Below the pieces are notes generated by a model. The model searched no databases. It was given only the letters and a program-made list of their open reading frames with translations, and was not told the origin of the DNA. The position numbers were made by a program, and so were the translations under genes. Below are positions 37,421-49,696 of a stretch of DNA of 64,000 nucleotides, piece after piece. The stretch's first letter is position 1; every line of letters begins with the position of its first letter. The DNA is from an uncultured Gemmatimonadaceae bacterium (GTDB lineage: Bacteria; Gemmatimonadota; Gemmatimonadetes; Gemmatimonadales; Gemmatimonadaceae). The DNA lies in assembly GCA_963781585.1 (NCBI GenBank), contig CAWAGQ010000007.1, positions 386,253-450,252 on the forward strand. Direction: 5' to 3'.

Positions 37421-37975
37421 ATGTCAGCCAGCAGCACTGCAGGTATCGACGTGACCACCCGCGGAGGGGCCCCCTCGTGGTCCGAAGGCAGAGAGAAGCA
37501 GCGTGCCGAAGCCCTAGCGGTTCGCCTCGAACAGGGGGCCCGCGCACTGGCCGCGTTCGCGAGCGGGCTCAACGACGCGGACTGGCAGACTCGCGTTCCC
37601 AAGGACGGTCGCAAGATCGGGGTTCTGGTCCACCATGTGGCCACCATGTACCCCTTGGAGATCACCCTCGCGCAGACGCTCGCCGACGGCAAGCCGATAA
37701 CGGGCGTGACCTGGGACGACGTCCACGCGTTGAACGCGCAGCACGCGAAGGACTTCGACGCGGTCACGAAGGAGGTGGCCCTCGACCTGCTCGAGCGCAA
37801 CAGCGCGGCCGCGGCCGCGGCGGTGAGGGCGCTGAGCGACGAGCAGCTCGATCTTGCCGCGCCGGTGTCGCTCAACTCCGGCGCACCGCTCACTTGTCAG
37901 TTCTTCGTCGAAGATCACGCACTGCGGCACAGCTATCACCACTTCGCGAGCATCCGGAGGGTGTTGAATCGGTAG
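37421..37975 (+). CDS. DinB-family protein
   Basis: GGAGG lies upstream of the ATG. It has helical-bundle His positions (VLVHHVATMY, HALRHSYHHFASI). Confidence 0.7.
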   Translation: MSASSTAGIDVTTRGGAPSWSEGREKQRAEALAVRLEQGARALAAFASGLNDADWQTRVPKDGRKIGVLVHHVATMYPLEITLAQTLADGKPITGVTWDDVHALNAQHAKDFDAVTKEVALDLLERNSAAAAAAVRALSDEQLDLAAPVSLNSGAPLTCQFFVEDHALRHSYHHFASIRRVLNR

Positions 37976-38051
37976 GGCCGGGTGCCTGACGACAGCATGA
38001 GGCCGCGGCGCGCGCGGGCAGCGCAGCTCGGCCCATGCAGCGCTGGGACGT

Positions 38052-38444
38052 CTATTTCGCCGGCTGCGCGAAAACGACCAGGTGCCCACCCGCTTCGGTG
38101 ACACCGACTTCCTCCATACCATAGAACGTGCGACGCCGCGGCAACGCGAGCGGGAGGCCGGCGATGCGGCGTTCGATGTCGGTGATGTCGGGCACCTCGA
38201 TGAACAGGGCTGCGGACGCATCCTTCGAGCGAGCCCGCGGACCCAGGTCTTTCTCGACACTGGCCCACGTCTGGTACATCAACTCGGCGCCGTCCTTGGC
38301 GAGAATGACGAAGCCGAGCTGGTCTCCATCCGGCACTTCCACCGTCTTCGCCCAGCCCAGCCGATCGGTCCAGAGCGGCAGGCATGGCTCGATGGCCTCG
38401 ACCATCAGGACCGGGGTGAGCTTCTGGCGGGGGGCTTCAGGCAT
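38052..38444 (-). CDS. VOC/glyoxalase-bleomycin resistance family protein
   Basis: The start at MPEAPRQKLTPVLMVEAIEPCL (ATG 38444) gives about 130 aa with a pattern typical of single-domain VOC proteins. It is divergent from an AraC regulator. Confidence 0.75.
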   Translation of the reverse strand: MPEAPRQKLTPVLMVEAIEPCLPLWTDRLGWAKTVEVPDGDQLGFVILAKDGAELMYQTWASVEKDLGPRARSKDASAALFIEVPDITDIERRIAGLPLALPRRRTFYGMEEVGVTEAGGHLVVFAQPAK

Positions 38445-38535
38445 TATCGTCTCCTGCTGAGGTCGTGGCATGCGGGGCTTCGCGCCGCGAGGCTGACCGA
38501 GATGTAGCACCTGCGACACCGGGAGTCTTGGAAAA

Positions 38536-39396
38536 ATGGAACAGGCACGGGCCCGGCGCAGCGCGACGGCGATCCCATCCGGGTACGCTGAGCACGCGCC
38601 TCCGGTGGACCTTCGGCACTGCGTCGAGTGCTTCTGGACCCGGCTGAGCGACCCGGCCCGGGGGCCGGCGGCGCAGGAGCACCGGGTGCTCCCCGACGGT
38701 GCGACCGACATCCTGTTCGTGTTCGACGGCGGCGGGAGCGCCGCCACGCGCGCTACCGCCTCGGCGGTTGGCACGATGACCCGTCCCCTGGTGGTGGCCG
38801 ACGCCGGTGAGTCGCTGTACGTCGGGGCACGCTTCCGTCAGGGGTATGCGCGGATGGCGTTAGGCGTGCCGGCGATCGAAGTGACCGACGACAGCGTACC
38901 GCTGGACGACCTCGCTCCCGTTGGCGCCGAGGAGATAGAGCGGGTGGCGCGCGAGCCCACGCCGGCCCGCAAGCTCGATGCGCTGGTCGCATTCGTCAGG
39001 CGCCGTATCTTGCGAGCCGAGCCTCCGCCCAGCTGCGTGCGGGCGGCGCTGCACCGCATCGCGCTGGCGAACGGCAACCTGCGGGTTGACGCGCTGACGC
39101 ATGAGATCGGGGTGAGCCGGCAGCATCTGGCGCGGCAGTTCGCCGATCATGCCGGCGTGTCACCCAAGGTGATGGCGCGGGTGTCGCGGGTCCGCGCGGC
39201 GATCGCGCGCGCGACAGCGACGCCGGGCCGTGTGGATTGGGGCCGGATCTGCCACGGTCTCGGCTACTACGACCAGTCGCACTTTATCGGCGAGTTCAGG
39301 TCGATCGTGGGCATGACACCGGGGCAGTGGCTGGGCGGGGCTGAGGCAAGGAACGCATGGCCCGCGGCCTGTACAACAGCGCCAGCGTCATCCTGA
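38536..39396 (+). CDS. AraC-family transcriptional regulator
   Basis: The C-terminal double HTH is ..LTHEIGVSRQHLARQFADHAGVSPKVMARV.. and GYYDQSHFIGEFRSIVGMTPGQW. Confidence 0.85.
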   Translation: MEQARARRSATAIPSGYAEHAPPVDLRHCVECFWTRLSDPARGPAAQEHRVLPDGATDILFVFDGGGSAATRATASAVGTMTRPLVVADAGESLYVGARFRQGYARMALGVPAIEVTDDSVPLDDLAPVGAEEIERVAREPTPARKLDALVAFVRRRILRAEPPPSCVRAALHRIALANGNLRVDALTHEIGVSRQHLARQFADHAGVSPKVMARVSRVRAAIARATATPGRVDWGRICHGLGYYDQSHFIGEFRSIVGMTPGQWLGGAEARNAWPAACTTAPASS

Positions 39397-39429
39397 ATAT
39401 CCCTGCTGCCTTCCCCCGGATTTCCCTGA

Positions 39430-40959
<1,530 letters not shown>

Positions 40960-40963
40960 CGCG

Positions 40964-41021
40964 CGCGACCCCTGCGGTCGCGAGCAATGGGCGCGGGGTG
41001 GGTCGGATCCACTCCGCGCCC
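40964..41021 (+). terminator. Two GC-rich hairpins downstream of gdhA (candidate terminator)
   Basis: CGCGACC-cctgc-GGTCGCG lies at 40964-40982. GGGCGCGG-17 nt-CCGCGCCC lies at 40989-41021 and is followed by ATATCTTC. No strong T-tract is present. Confidence 0.3.
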
Positions 41022-41065
41022 ATATCTTCAGGAGACAGCAGAGGAGTCGGCCGAACGTGATCGAG

Positions 41066-44018
41066 ATGCCCGGCATGGCCCATCAGGACGAGTCCGGCCC
41101 GTTCCGCGGATTCGAGGACCTGATGCCCTATCGTGTGCAGGACATCCTGCTTGTCTCGAGCCTGTACGATGCCTTCACGCTGCAGGAGGACGGCCGGCTC
41201 AACGAGCTGGTGATGACGGAGTTCATCGATCTCGACACGCACCACACGCCACGCCTCACGCACGTGTCGAGCGGTGCCGAGGCGGTGACGATGGCGCGCG
41301 AACAGCGGCGCTTCAACCTCATCATCACCGCCATCAATCCGGGCGACATGGACGCGACGCGGCTGGCGCGCGAGCTGCACGAGGCCGGGCTCGACGTACC
41401 GGTCGTGGTCCTGGCCTACGACCACCGCGAGCTGAGCGACTTCCTTGCGCGTGCCGACACCTCACGGATCGAGCGCTGTTTCCTCTGGCAGGGCGACGCG
41501 CGAATCCTGCTGGCGATCGTCAGCTACGTGGAGGACCAGCGCAACGTCGCCCACGACACGGCGAGCACCGGAGTGCGCGTGATCCTTCTGGTGGAGGACA
41601 GCATCCGCTCCTACTCCTCGCTCCTCCCCACGCTGTACACGGAAATCATCCGCCAGTCGGCCAACGCGTCTGGGCGAGGAGAGCAACCTCTCGCACAAGC
41701 TCGTGCGCCTCCGCGCACGGCCAAAGATCCTGCTCTGCACGACGTTCGAGGAGGCGTGGCTGCGATTCACGGCGTACCGCGAGTACGCGTTGGGGATCAT
41801 CTCCGACGTCGAGTTCCCGCGCGGCGGTGAAGTGGCGCGCGACGCAGGCTTCGCGCTGGCGCGCGCGGTGCGCGAGCGTTCACCCGACGTGCCGATCCTC
41901 CTCCAGTCCGGCCGCGCCGAGCATGCGGCTCGCGCGATGGCGGAGGGACTTCCGTTCGTGCTCAAGCGCTCGCCGACGATGCTGCACGAGCTCCACGGGT
42001 TCGTGGTCGAGCACTTCGCCTTCGGCGATTTCGTGTTCCGTCTCCCCGACGGCCGTGAAGTGGGACGTGCGAGCGACCTGCGGAGCCTCGAGGCGAAGCT
42101 CGCGACGGTGCCGGCGGAGAGCATCGGCCACCACGGCGAGCGCAACCACTTCTCCACCTGGCTCGCGGCACGGGCGGAGTTCGCGCTCGCCCATCGGTTA
42201 CGCCCCCGCCGCGTCTCCGACTTCCGGTCGCTCGAGGAGCTGCGCGCGCAGCTCATCGACTCGATCGCCGAGTACCGACGCGAGCAGTCGCAGGCGCTGG
42301 TGGGCGACTTCGACCGCGCCGCATTCGACGCGGCGGCGCCCTTCTTCGCGCGCATCGGCGGCGGGTCGATCGGCGGCAAGGCGAGAGGGCTGGCGTTCGT
42401 GCGGCGCCTGCTCGGCCTGCACCGCGTGAGCCGCCGCTTCCCCGGCGTCCGGGTAAGCGTGCCCCCAGCCGTGGTGCTCGGCACCGACGTGTTCGACCGA
42501 TTCCTGGCCGACAACGAACTGCTCGACTTCGCCATTCGCGCGACCGATGACAAGGCAATCGTGCACCGGTTCCTCGACGCGCAGTTACCCGACGACGTCC
42601 TCGCTGACCTTGCGGTGTTCCTCCACCACGTGCACTGGCCGCTCGCCGTGCGTTCGTCGAGCCTGCTGGAGGACTCGCAGTACCAGCCGTTCACCGGCGT
42701 CTACGACACCTTCATGCTGCCCAACCGGCACCCCGACCCGGGAGTGCGGCTCGAACGACTCGTCGCGGCGGTGAAGCGAGTGTACGCCTCGACCTTCACA
42801 CGACACGCCAAGGACTTCCTCCGCGCAACGCCGTACCGGCTCGAGGAGGAGAAGATGGCAGTCATCCTCCAGAAGGTGGTCGGGACCGAGCACGGATCGC
42901 GCTTCTATCCGGACTTCGCCGGAGTCGCCCGCTCCCACAACTTCTATCCTCCGGCGCCGCTCAAGTCCGAGGACGGGGTCGCCGCCGTCGCACTGGGGCT
43001 GGGACGGTCGGTAGTCGAGGGCGAACGGGTGCTCACCTTCTGCCCGCGAGCACCGCGCCACCCGATGCAGTTCTCGTCGGTCCCGGACATCCTCGCCAAT
43101 TCGCAGCGCCGTTTCTGGGCGCTTGCCTTCGACGGCGACGGTGACGCCGGGTACGGCCTGCGTGAGACGTCCTATCAGCTCGATGCCGCCGAGGCCGACG
43201 GCACGCTGTACGCTCTGGGATCGACCTATTCGGCCGAGAACGACGCGGTGTACGACGGACTGTCGCGGCCCGGTGTGCGGCTCGTGAGCTTCGCGCCGAT
43301 CCTCAAGCACAACCTCTTCCCCCTCGCGGAGGTCCTCTCGCTGCTCCTCGACATCGGCAAGGGCGGGATGAACCGGTCCACCGAGATCGAGTTCGCGGTG
43401 CGCCTCCGCACGCGCGACGAGGAACAGCACGAATTCGGCCTCCTGCAGCTCCGCCCGCTGGTGCTGTCGCGCGAGACCGAGGAGATGGAGATCGGCGACG
43501 TGGAGCCGGCGGGGCTGGTGTGCAGGAGTCCGCGGGTGCTCGGCAACGGCGTCGTGAGCAACCTGCGACACGTCGTGGTCGTCGACTTCCATCGCTTCGA
43601 CCGGGCCCAGAGCCGCGACGCAGCGCGTGCCATCGCGCGCTTCAACGCCCGACTCGTCGCCCGGGGCGTGCCGTACCTGCTGATCGGAGTGGGACGGTGG
43701 GGCTCGGCCGACCCGTGGCTCGGAATTCCGGTGACCTGGGTTGAGATTTCGGGCGCGCGGGTGATCGTCGAGGCCGGCTTCCACGATTACAGCGTGGCGC
43801 CGTCACAGGGAAGCCATTTCTTCCAGAACCTCGTCTCGTTCCAGGTCGGCTACTTCACCACCAACCCGCAGCTCGGCGATGGATTCGTGGACTGGGACTG
43901 GCTCGCGGCGCAACCTGCCGTCGCCGAGGAGAGCCACGTCAGGCTTCTGGAATTCGACCGGCCGCTGGTGGTCCGGATGAACGGGCGCCGGAACGAGGGA
44001 GTGATCCACAAGCCGTGA
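41066..44018 (+). pseudogene. Receiver-like domains fused to a PEP/pyruvate-binding (PEP-utilising, PPDK N-terminal-like) domain; split by a +1 frameshift near 41668-41670
   Basis: The upstream frame (track ORF 40907..41830) reads ..LPTLYTEIIRQSANA and then nonsense. The third frame reads LGEESNLSHKLVRLRARPKILLCTTFEEAW.. and continues as ORF 41703..44018 (..GGGSIGGKARGLAF..). The join is restored by removing one base between GCG and CTG. Confidence 0.65.
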
Positions 44019-44027
44019 TGCGGGCCC

Positions 44028-45443
44028 TCACGCGAGTTGGCCTCCGGTGACTCGCTTCGTGCCGGCTATCGGCAGCCGCACGCGAAAGACCGTCCGTCCC
44101 GGCTGAGTGACGAAGTCGACGTCTCCGTTGTGGAGGTGGACGAGCCGGCGGGCCATGTCGAGGCCGAGTCCCGACCCCTTGCCAATGGGCTTGGTGGTGA
44201 AGAACGGGTCAAAGACCCGTGCCTGAATCTCTTCGGGAATCCCCGGACCATCGTCCGATACCCTGACGACCACTGCGTCGCCGCGGGACGAGGCGGTAAT
44301 GGTCACGGTTCCCTCGCTGCTCGCCGCGTCGATGGCGTTGTCGATCAGCTTCTCCCATATCTGATTGAGCTCGCTGCCGAGGCCGTGGACGCGCGGCAGG
44401 TCAGCCGCGGTCTCGAGTCGGACCGCAACCGCCTTCGCGCTCGACTTGCTCTCCAGCATCGCAATCGTGTCGGCGAGGCCCTTCGCCACGTTGACCTCCT
44501 CCGGGATCCCCTCACGGTCCATGAACGTGAATCCCTTGACGGCACCAACCAGGTCGTGGATTCGTCCGGTAGCCGACTCGATCTGCCGTGCTACCGCGCG
44601 CGCGGCCGCGCCGCTCACGATCCAGCGTATCGCGGCGCCCAGCGACTCGTTTGGGAGTGCCTCGGCCAGCCGGTCCAGCGCCGCGAGGCTCACATCGGAT
44701 GTCGCGAGCGCTTGCGCCGCGACCGGATCGATGGCGTGACGACCCAGCCAGTCCGCGACATCGTCCTCTCGATCGGCTGCTTCGAGCGCGCTTCGTGTCG
44801 GCGCACCTTCCGCGCATTGCGCCCGGATCGCGTCCACCGCCTCGAGCTGCGCGTCGCTCAGGCGGGCCGCTGCCAAGGCGCGCGACGACACCTCGGCGTC
44901 GTCCAGCAGGGCCGCCAGCGTCTGCGCGCCGCGTGTCGCCGCCGAGGCCGGGTTGTTCAGTTCGTGCGCCAGCCCGGACGCCAGGCGGCCGAGTGACTGC
45001 ATCCGCTCGTCCTGCAGCTGGGCGGTGCGGTAGTCGCGTGCGCGGTCGAGCATCTGGTGCACGAGTGCCGTAGTGAGCTCCGGGCACTCGCGAATCAGGT
45101 CGGGGAGGTGACTGCGATGCAGGGCAAGCGCGGGCACGTCCTCCTCCACGACCAACCTCCCGGGCGCGCCCTGGTAGCGCGAGTAGGGGACGATGCCCGC
45201 CACGAACCCGGTGCCACCTTCGAAGATCTTGCGCCACCCACCTTCCTTCGGCATGTACACCGCCATGCGGCCGGCGAGCAGAACGAGCATCTCATCGACG
45301 GGATCTCCCGGCTCGCGGACGGTCGTTCCGGCGCGGTAGTCCCGCACCTCACTGCGCGCGGCCAACCACTCGAGCTCCGCGCGTGGAACCGTCGCGAAGA
45401 GCGGCAGCGCGGCGAGACGATCGACGACCTCGTCAGGATGCAT
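44028..45443 (-). CDS. Histidine kinase with N-terminal cyclic-nucleotide-binding domain
   Basis: Start at MHPDEVVDRLAALPLF. It has a cNMP-binding-like fold (..RDYRAGTTVREPGDPVDEMLVLLAGRM..), an H-box LASGLAHELNNP and a HATPase region (DDGPGIP..GSGLGLDMA). Confidence 0.85.
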   Translation of the reverse strand: MHPDEVVDRLAALPLFATVPRAELEWLAARSEVRDYRAGTTVREPGDPVDEMLVLLAGRMAVYMPKEGGWRKIFEGGTGFVAGIVPYSRYQGAPGRLVVEEDVPALALHRSHLPDLIRECPELTTALVHQMLDRARDYRTAQLQDERMQSLGRLASGLAHELNNPASAATRGAQTLAALLDDAEVSSRALAAARLSDAQLEAVDAIRAQCAEGAPTRSALEAADREDDVADWLGRHAIDPVAAQALATSDVSLAALDRLAEALPNESLGAAIRWIVSGAAARAVARQIESATGRIHDLVGAVKGFTFMDREGIPEEVNVAKGLADTIAMLESKSSAKAVAVRLETAADLPRVHGLGSELNQIWEKLIDNAIDAASSEGTVTITASSRGDAVVVRVSDDGPGIPEEIQARVFDPFFTTKPIGKGSGLGLDMARRLVHLHNGDVDFVTQPGRTVFRVRLPIAGTKRVTGGQLA

Positions 45444-45509
45444 GCGCGCACGGTAGCATCGGGAAGGGACCAGGCACCAGTGCCCGCCTTCGCCTGCCAC
45501 GGGGGAGAC

Positions 45510-47945
45510 CTACTCCACGCGCAACGCCCCGGCCGGCTCCGCCCCGGCCGCACGGCGCCCCGGGAGCAGGCACGCGGCCAATGCCACGGCGCACACCACG
45601 CCCACCACCGCCAGCACCGTGAGCGGGTCCCATGGCGCCACGCCGTACAGAAATCCGCGGAGCGCGCCCGACGCGAAGAACGCCGCCACCGCACCGACCG
45701 CGCAGCCGGCGACGGCCAGCAGCAGCCCTTCGCGCATCACCATGGCGAGGAGTGCTCCGGGCGCGGCGCCCAGGGCCAGGCGGATCCCCATCTCCCGCCG
45801 CCGCTGGTTCACCGTGTAGGTCAGGATGCCGTAGATGCCGACGGCTGCCAGCACGAGGGCGAGCAGCGCGAACATCCCGAGCACCAGCATGATGAAGCGC
45901 GGCGGATCCGCTTCGGTCGCGAGCACGCGGTCCATGGTCCGCACGTCGGTAACCGGAAGACCCGGGTCGAGCCGATGCACGTCGTCGCGCAACAGCCCTA
46001 CGAGCTGCGCGCTCGCGCCTGGCCCGCGCAGCACGATGTGCATCTCCCGGAACGGGAACTGGTGCGCCGAGAAGTAGGCCGCGGGCTCAGCGGCGTTCCG
46101 GATGGAGTTGTTCTTCACGTCGTGCACCACGCCCACCACCTCGTGGGCGTTGCCGATGGCCATGCGATAGCCGAGCGGGCCGATGTACCGCACGTCGGTG
46201 AGGAGCCGCCGGCCGATCGCGCCGCCGTCGGGAAAGAGCTGGCGGGCGAGCGCTTCGTTCACGATGACCACCGCCATGCCTGACGAGTCGTCGTGGGCAT
46301 CGAAGTCCCGCCCGCGCAGCATCGGGACGTGGAGCGTGCGGAAGTACCCTTCGTCCACCATGTGGAACTGCACCGTCGGCTCGTCGCCCGCTGGCACGGA
46401 CGCTGCCCCCTCCACAACCAGCGGCAGCCGCCACGACGGCACCAGCGGCAGGAAATGCGTCGCCCCCGCCGACTGGACCTCGGCGTGCGAACGTAGCGAC
46501 GAAAGGAGGGTGGCGTAGAATCGGTCCACGCGTCCCCAGTCGGCATACGCCACGTCAGGCAGCTGGATGTCGGCGCTCACGACCGATGACGGGTCCACGC
46601 CGGCGGGCGCGCGCAGCAGCCGGTCCACGCTCCGCACCAGCAGCCCCGCACCGACCAGAAGCACGACCGCGAGCGCGACCTCGCTCACCACGAGCAGACC
46701 GCGAGCTCCGCGCTCACGCGCACTCGCACCGCGGGCGCCATCGCGCAGCGCGTCGCTCAGCCGCGTCCGTGACATCATCAGCGCGGGCACCAGGCCGAAG
46801 ACGACCGCCGTGATGGCGGTGAGCAGTGTGGTGAAGACCAGCACCAGTGCGTTCACGTGCACGTCGCTGGCGCGCGGAATGGCGATCGGCGACCATGCGA
46901 GGAGTCCCTTCACGCCGGCAACCGCCACGACCAGTCCGAGTAGCGAGCCGAGGAGGGCGAGGACGAGGCTCTCGGTGAGGAACTGGCGAACCAGCCGGCC
47001 ACGGCTCGCGCCGATCGCGGCGCGGACCGCGACTTCGCGCCGGCGCGCGGTGGCGCGGGCCAGCAGCAGATTCGCGACGTTGAGGCAGGCGATGAACAGC
47101 AGGAAGCCCGACGCGCCGATCAGGGCCAACAGGGCAGGGCGGAACACGCCCGCGATCTCGCGGTCGAGGGCGATGGCGCGCATGCCCCAGCCGATGTTGG
47201 TGGCGCGGAACTCGCTGGCCAGCCGGCCGCCTAACGCGGCGAGCTCGCGATTGGCGCCGTCGAGCGCCACCCCCGGCCGGAGTCGCGCCACACCTTCCAT
47301 GAAGTGGGCGCCGCGACTGTGCTGGGTGAGGTCCCACTGCAGGCGCTGCCAGACGTCGGTCCCGGCGGGGAAGTCGAAGTCGGGCGGCATGATGCCGGTA
47401 ACGGTGTAGAGGTAGCCGTTGAGCCGGACGGCTCGGCCCACCAGGGCGGTGTCGCCGCGGAATCGCGATTCCCAGAGGCGGTGGCTGATCACGACCTCGT
47501 GCTCGTGACCGAACAGGCCCGTGTCGACCGCGAAGCCGTGGCCAATGAGCGGCCGCGTGCCGAGGAGGGAGAAGAGGTTCTGGCTCGTCTCGACAGCCGC
47601 CACGCGGATCGGATCGGCGTTGGCGTCGTCGGTGAGGTTGAGCTCGGGGCGCCACCAGGCGGCGGCGTCGGTGAAGACGCCATGCAGCGACCGGTAGTCG
47701 ACGAAATTGACGGGCGAGAGGGGCTCGTGGTCGAGCGACTTGTCGCGGTTGGTCGCCCAGAGCATCACGAGCTGCTGCGGACGTGCGAACGGCAGCGGTC
47801 GCAGGACGACGCCGTCCAGCAGGCTGAAGACCGCGGCGGCCGCGCCGGTCCCCAGGCCGAGGGCGAGGATCGCGGTGACGGCGAAGCTGCGCGAGCGGAA
47901 GAGGCTGCGGAAGGCGAAGCGGATGTCGCGGGCGAGGCCATCCAT
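45510..47945 (-). CDS. ADOP-family duplicated FtsX/MacB-like ABC permease
   Basis: 811 aa. The N-terminus DIRFAFRSLFRSRSFAVTAILALGLGTGAAAAVF is followed by two FtsX-type 4-TM modules, and the C-terminus ends ..GALRVE. Confidence 0.9.
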   Translation of the reverse strand: MDGLARDIRFAFRSLFRSRSFAVTAILALGLGTGAAAAVFSLLDGVVLRPLPFARPQQLVMLWATNRDKSLDHEPLSPVNFVDYRSLHGVFTDAAAWWRPELNLTDDANADPIRVAAVETSQNLFSLLGTRPLIGHGFAVDTGLFGHEHEVVISHRLWESRFRGDTALVGRAVRLNGYLYTVTGIMPPDFDFPAGTDVWQRLQWDLTQHSRGAHFMEGVARLRPGVALDGANRELAALGGRLASEFRATNIGWGMRAIALDREIAGVFRPALLALIGASGFLLFIACLNVANLLLARATARRREVAVRAAIGASRGRLVRQFLTESLVLALLGSLLGLVVAVAGVKGLLAWSPIAIPRASDVHVNALVLVFTTLLTAITAVVFGLVPALMMSRTRLSDALRDGARGASARERGARGLLVVSEVALAVVLLVGAGLLVRSVDRLLRAPAGVDPSSVVSADIQLPDVAYADWGRVDRFYATLLSSLRSHAEVQSAGATHFLPLVPSWRLPLVVEGAASVPAGDEPTVQFHMVDEGYFRTLHVPMLRGRDFDAHDDSSGMAVVIVNEALARQLFPDGGAIGRRLLTDVRYIGPLGYRMAIGNAHEVVGVVHDVKNNSIRNAAEPAAYFSAHQFPFREMHIVLRGPGASAQLVGLLRDDVHRLDPGLPVTDVRTMDRVLATEADPPRFIMLVLGMFALLALVLAAVGIYGILTYTVNQRRREMGIRLALGAAPGALLAMVMREGLLLAVAGCAVGAVAAFFASGALRGFLYGVAPWDPLTVLAVVGVVCAVALAACLLPGRRAAGAEPAGALRVE

Positions 47946-48138
47946 CAGGCGAGTCCTCGGCTGGGCGTTGTGCGGGTCAATTTGGAGGACGTTGGTTGGA
48001 CATGGGGAGCGGAAGAAGGGTTGAGGGATGGGGCGGATCGCGGTGGGGGTGGATGGTTCAAGGGCGAGTCATGCCCCGACGGTCGAGGCGTGCGGGGAAT
48101 CGGCGTGAATTTCTCTCCCACCACGCTGATTCCTGGTT

Positions 48139-48795
48139 TCAGACCGGGCCCCGCGTCTTCGCTTTCCACGTCTCGCGGTACCCCGTCCACAGGTGCCAGA
48201 CCGTGATGCCCAGCACCCCTCCGGCGAAGATGCCCATGAGCGCCGTGCCCCAGTTGGGCCACGAGTGGGTCGTGAAGTTGGCGACCTGCTTGGTGCCGAC
48301 GATGCCCGGCATGAATGGGACAATTGTTACGGGCGCATGAGGGTCGAGATCGTGGCCGAAAACATACAGCTTGTACACGAAGCGCACGAAAGCAAAGAGC
48401 GTGATGTATCCGGTGATCACCGAAAGATCGATCAGCGTGCGCACGTTGCCGATCGCGGCGGCGCGCAGCGTCAGGATCACCAGCAGCCCGAACGCAAACG
48501 GGATCCAGTCCAGGTCCGCGAACTGACTGCGCTCGATGCGTCGCATGCCGATGTAGTGGTTCAGCTCGTTGATCTCCTCGATGTCGTGGCCGGCGTGGCC
48601 GGCACCGAGCTTGTACGCATAGACATCCATGTAGAGGCCTTGCGGGTACTGGGGCGCTTCCATGCTGATGCGCCAGAGGGGGCGCGTGAAGCTCAGCGCC
48701 AACGGGATCACCAGCAATGCCAGCGCGATCCGACTTCCGAACCGGATCGGCTGATTCAGGAACTCCTCAAACCGGTCCACCAGCGGGTGTGTCAT
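48139..48795 (-). CDS. Four-TM membrane protein ending the nos operon, function unassigned
   Basis: 218 aa, lying 67 nt downstream of nosY on the same strand. Four hydrophobic segments are predicted. His/Met-containing putative periplasmic loops include GAGHAGHDIEEINELNHYIGM and FGHDLDPHAPVTIVPFMPG..THSWPNW. Confidence 0.7.
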   Translation of the reverse strand: MTHPLVDRFEEFLNQPIRFGSRIALALLVIPLALSFTRPLWRISMEAPQYPQGLYMDVYAYKLGAGHAGHDIEEINELNHYIGMRRIERSQFADLDWIPFAFGLLVILTLRAAAIGNVRTLIDLSVITGYITLFAFVRFVYKLYVFGHDLDPHAPVTIVPFMPGIVGTKQVANFTTHSWPNWGTALMGIFAGGVLGITVWHLWTGYRETWKAKTRGPV

Positions 48796-48862
48796 CCTCG
48801 CAACCTCTCGCGGTTTGCGTGTTCGCGCCGGTCGGCAGCTCGTAACAGCCCACGCACCGCCG

Positions 48863-49696
48863 TCATACCAGGTCTCCGCCGCGCAAGGCGCGGCGGCCGG
48901 TCAGCCAGCCAAGCGTGCCCACGACCGCCGGCCACAGCACGCCGGCGGCGAACAGCCAGCCGCCGCCGAGCCGTGTGGCCAGGAAGAAGCCCACAGGGCC
49001 CAGCGTGCCCAGCGACGGGTCGGTGCCCGACAGCAGCGCCAGTCGGGCCATCTCCACCGGGTTCAAAGCGGCCAGCGCGAAGACCGCCACGTCGGGCAAC
49101 CGCCACTCCAACATGAGGCCCACCAGACCGAAGTCCAGCAGCGCCACGCCCAGAACCCAAACCAGCAGCAGGTACATCATGGCGCGCGGTGGCTCCCGCA
49201 CCAGAGTGGAGATTGCGAGGCCGAGACCGACGAAGCTCCAGAGCAGGGCCGCGCTCACAGCCAGCATCTGACCCAGAAACACCCACGGAACCGGCTGGCC
49301 GAAGACAATCCATCCGCCTAACGCCAATGCCGGCAGGAGCACCAGGAGCGGCAGGAGGAGCGCGCCGTAGCGGACTGCGGTGACGGCGGTGTAGTAGTCC
49401 GCACGCGTCACCGGGAGGCTGAACACCAGCTCGAGCGTGCCATCCTCCCGCGCCCGGTTCACCACCGTCGCCGTCCCCGTCAGTGCCAGCAGCGGAAGCA
49501 GCAGCACCAGCGCGTGCGACAGCGAAAGCAGCACACGACTCATGCCCGTGAAGCCGAGCACTGCGGACTCCCGCATTCCCACTACCAGAAACAGCCCGGC
49601 CAGCGCGGCGTACAGCCCGACGCAGAGTGCCAGCCAGCGCGACCTCCGCACGTCGCCCAGATCGAGCCGCGCCATCGCTGCGACCGTCACACGCAC
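48863..49696 (-). CDS. nosY: NosY-like ABC-2 permease
   Basis: Multi-TM protein immediately after the NosF-like ATPase, with overlapping stop and start. An alternative start is the Met at 49675. Confidence 0.8.
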   Translation of the reverse strand: MRVTVAAMARLDLGDVRRSRWLALCVGLYAALAGLFLVVGMRESAVLGFTGMSRVLLSLSHALVLLLPLLALTGTATVVNRAREDGTLELVFSLPVTRADYYTAVTAVRYGALLLPLLVLLPALALGGWIVFGQPVPWVFLGQMLAVSAALLWSFVGLGLAISTLVREPPRAMMYLLLVWVLGVALLDFGLVGLMLEWRLPDVAVFALAALNPVEMARLALLSGTDPSLGTLGPVGFFLATRLGGGWLFAAGVLWPAVVGTLGWLTGRRALRGGDLV

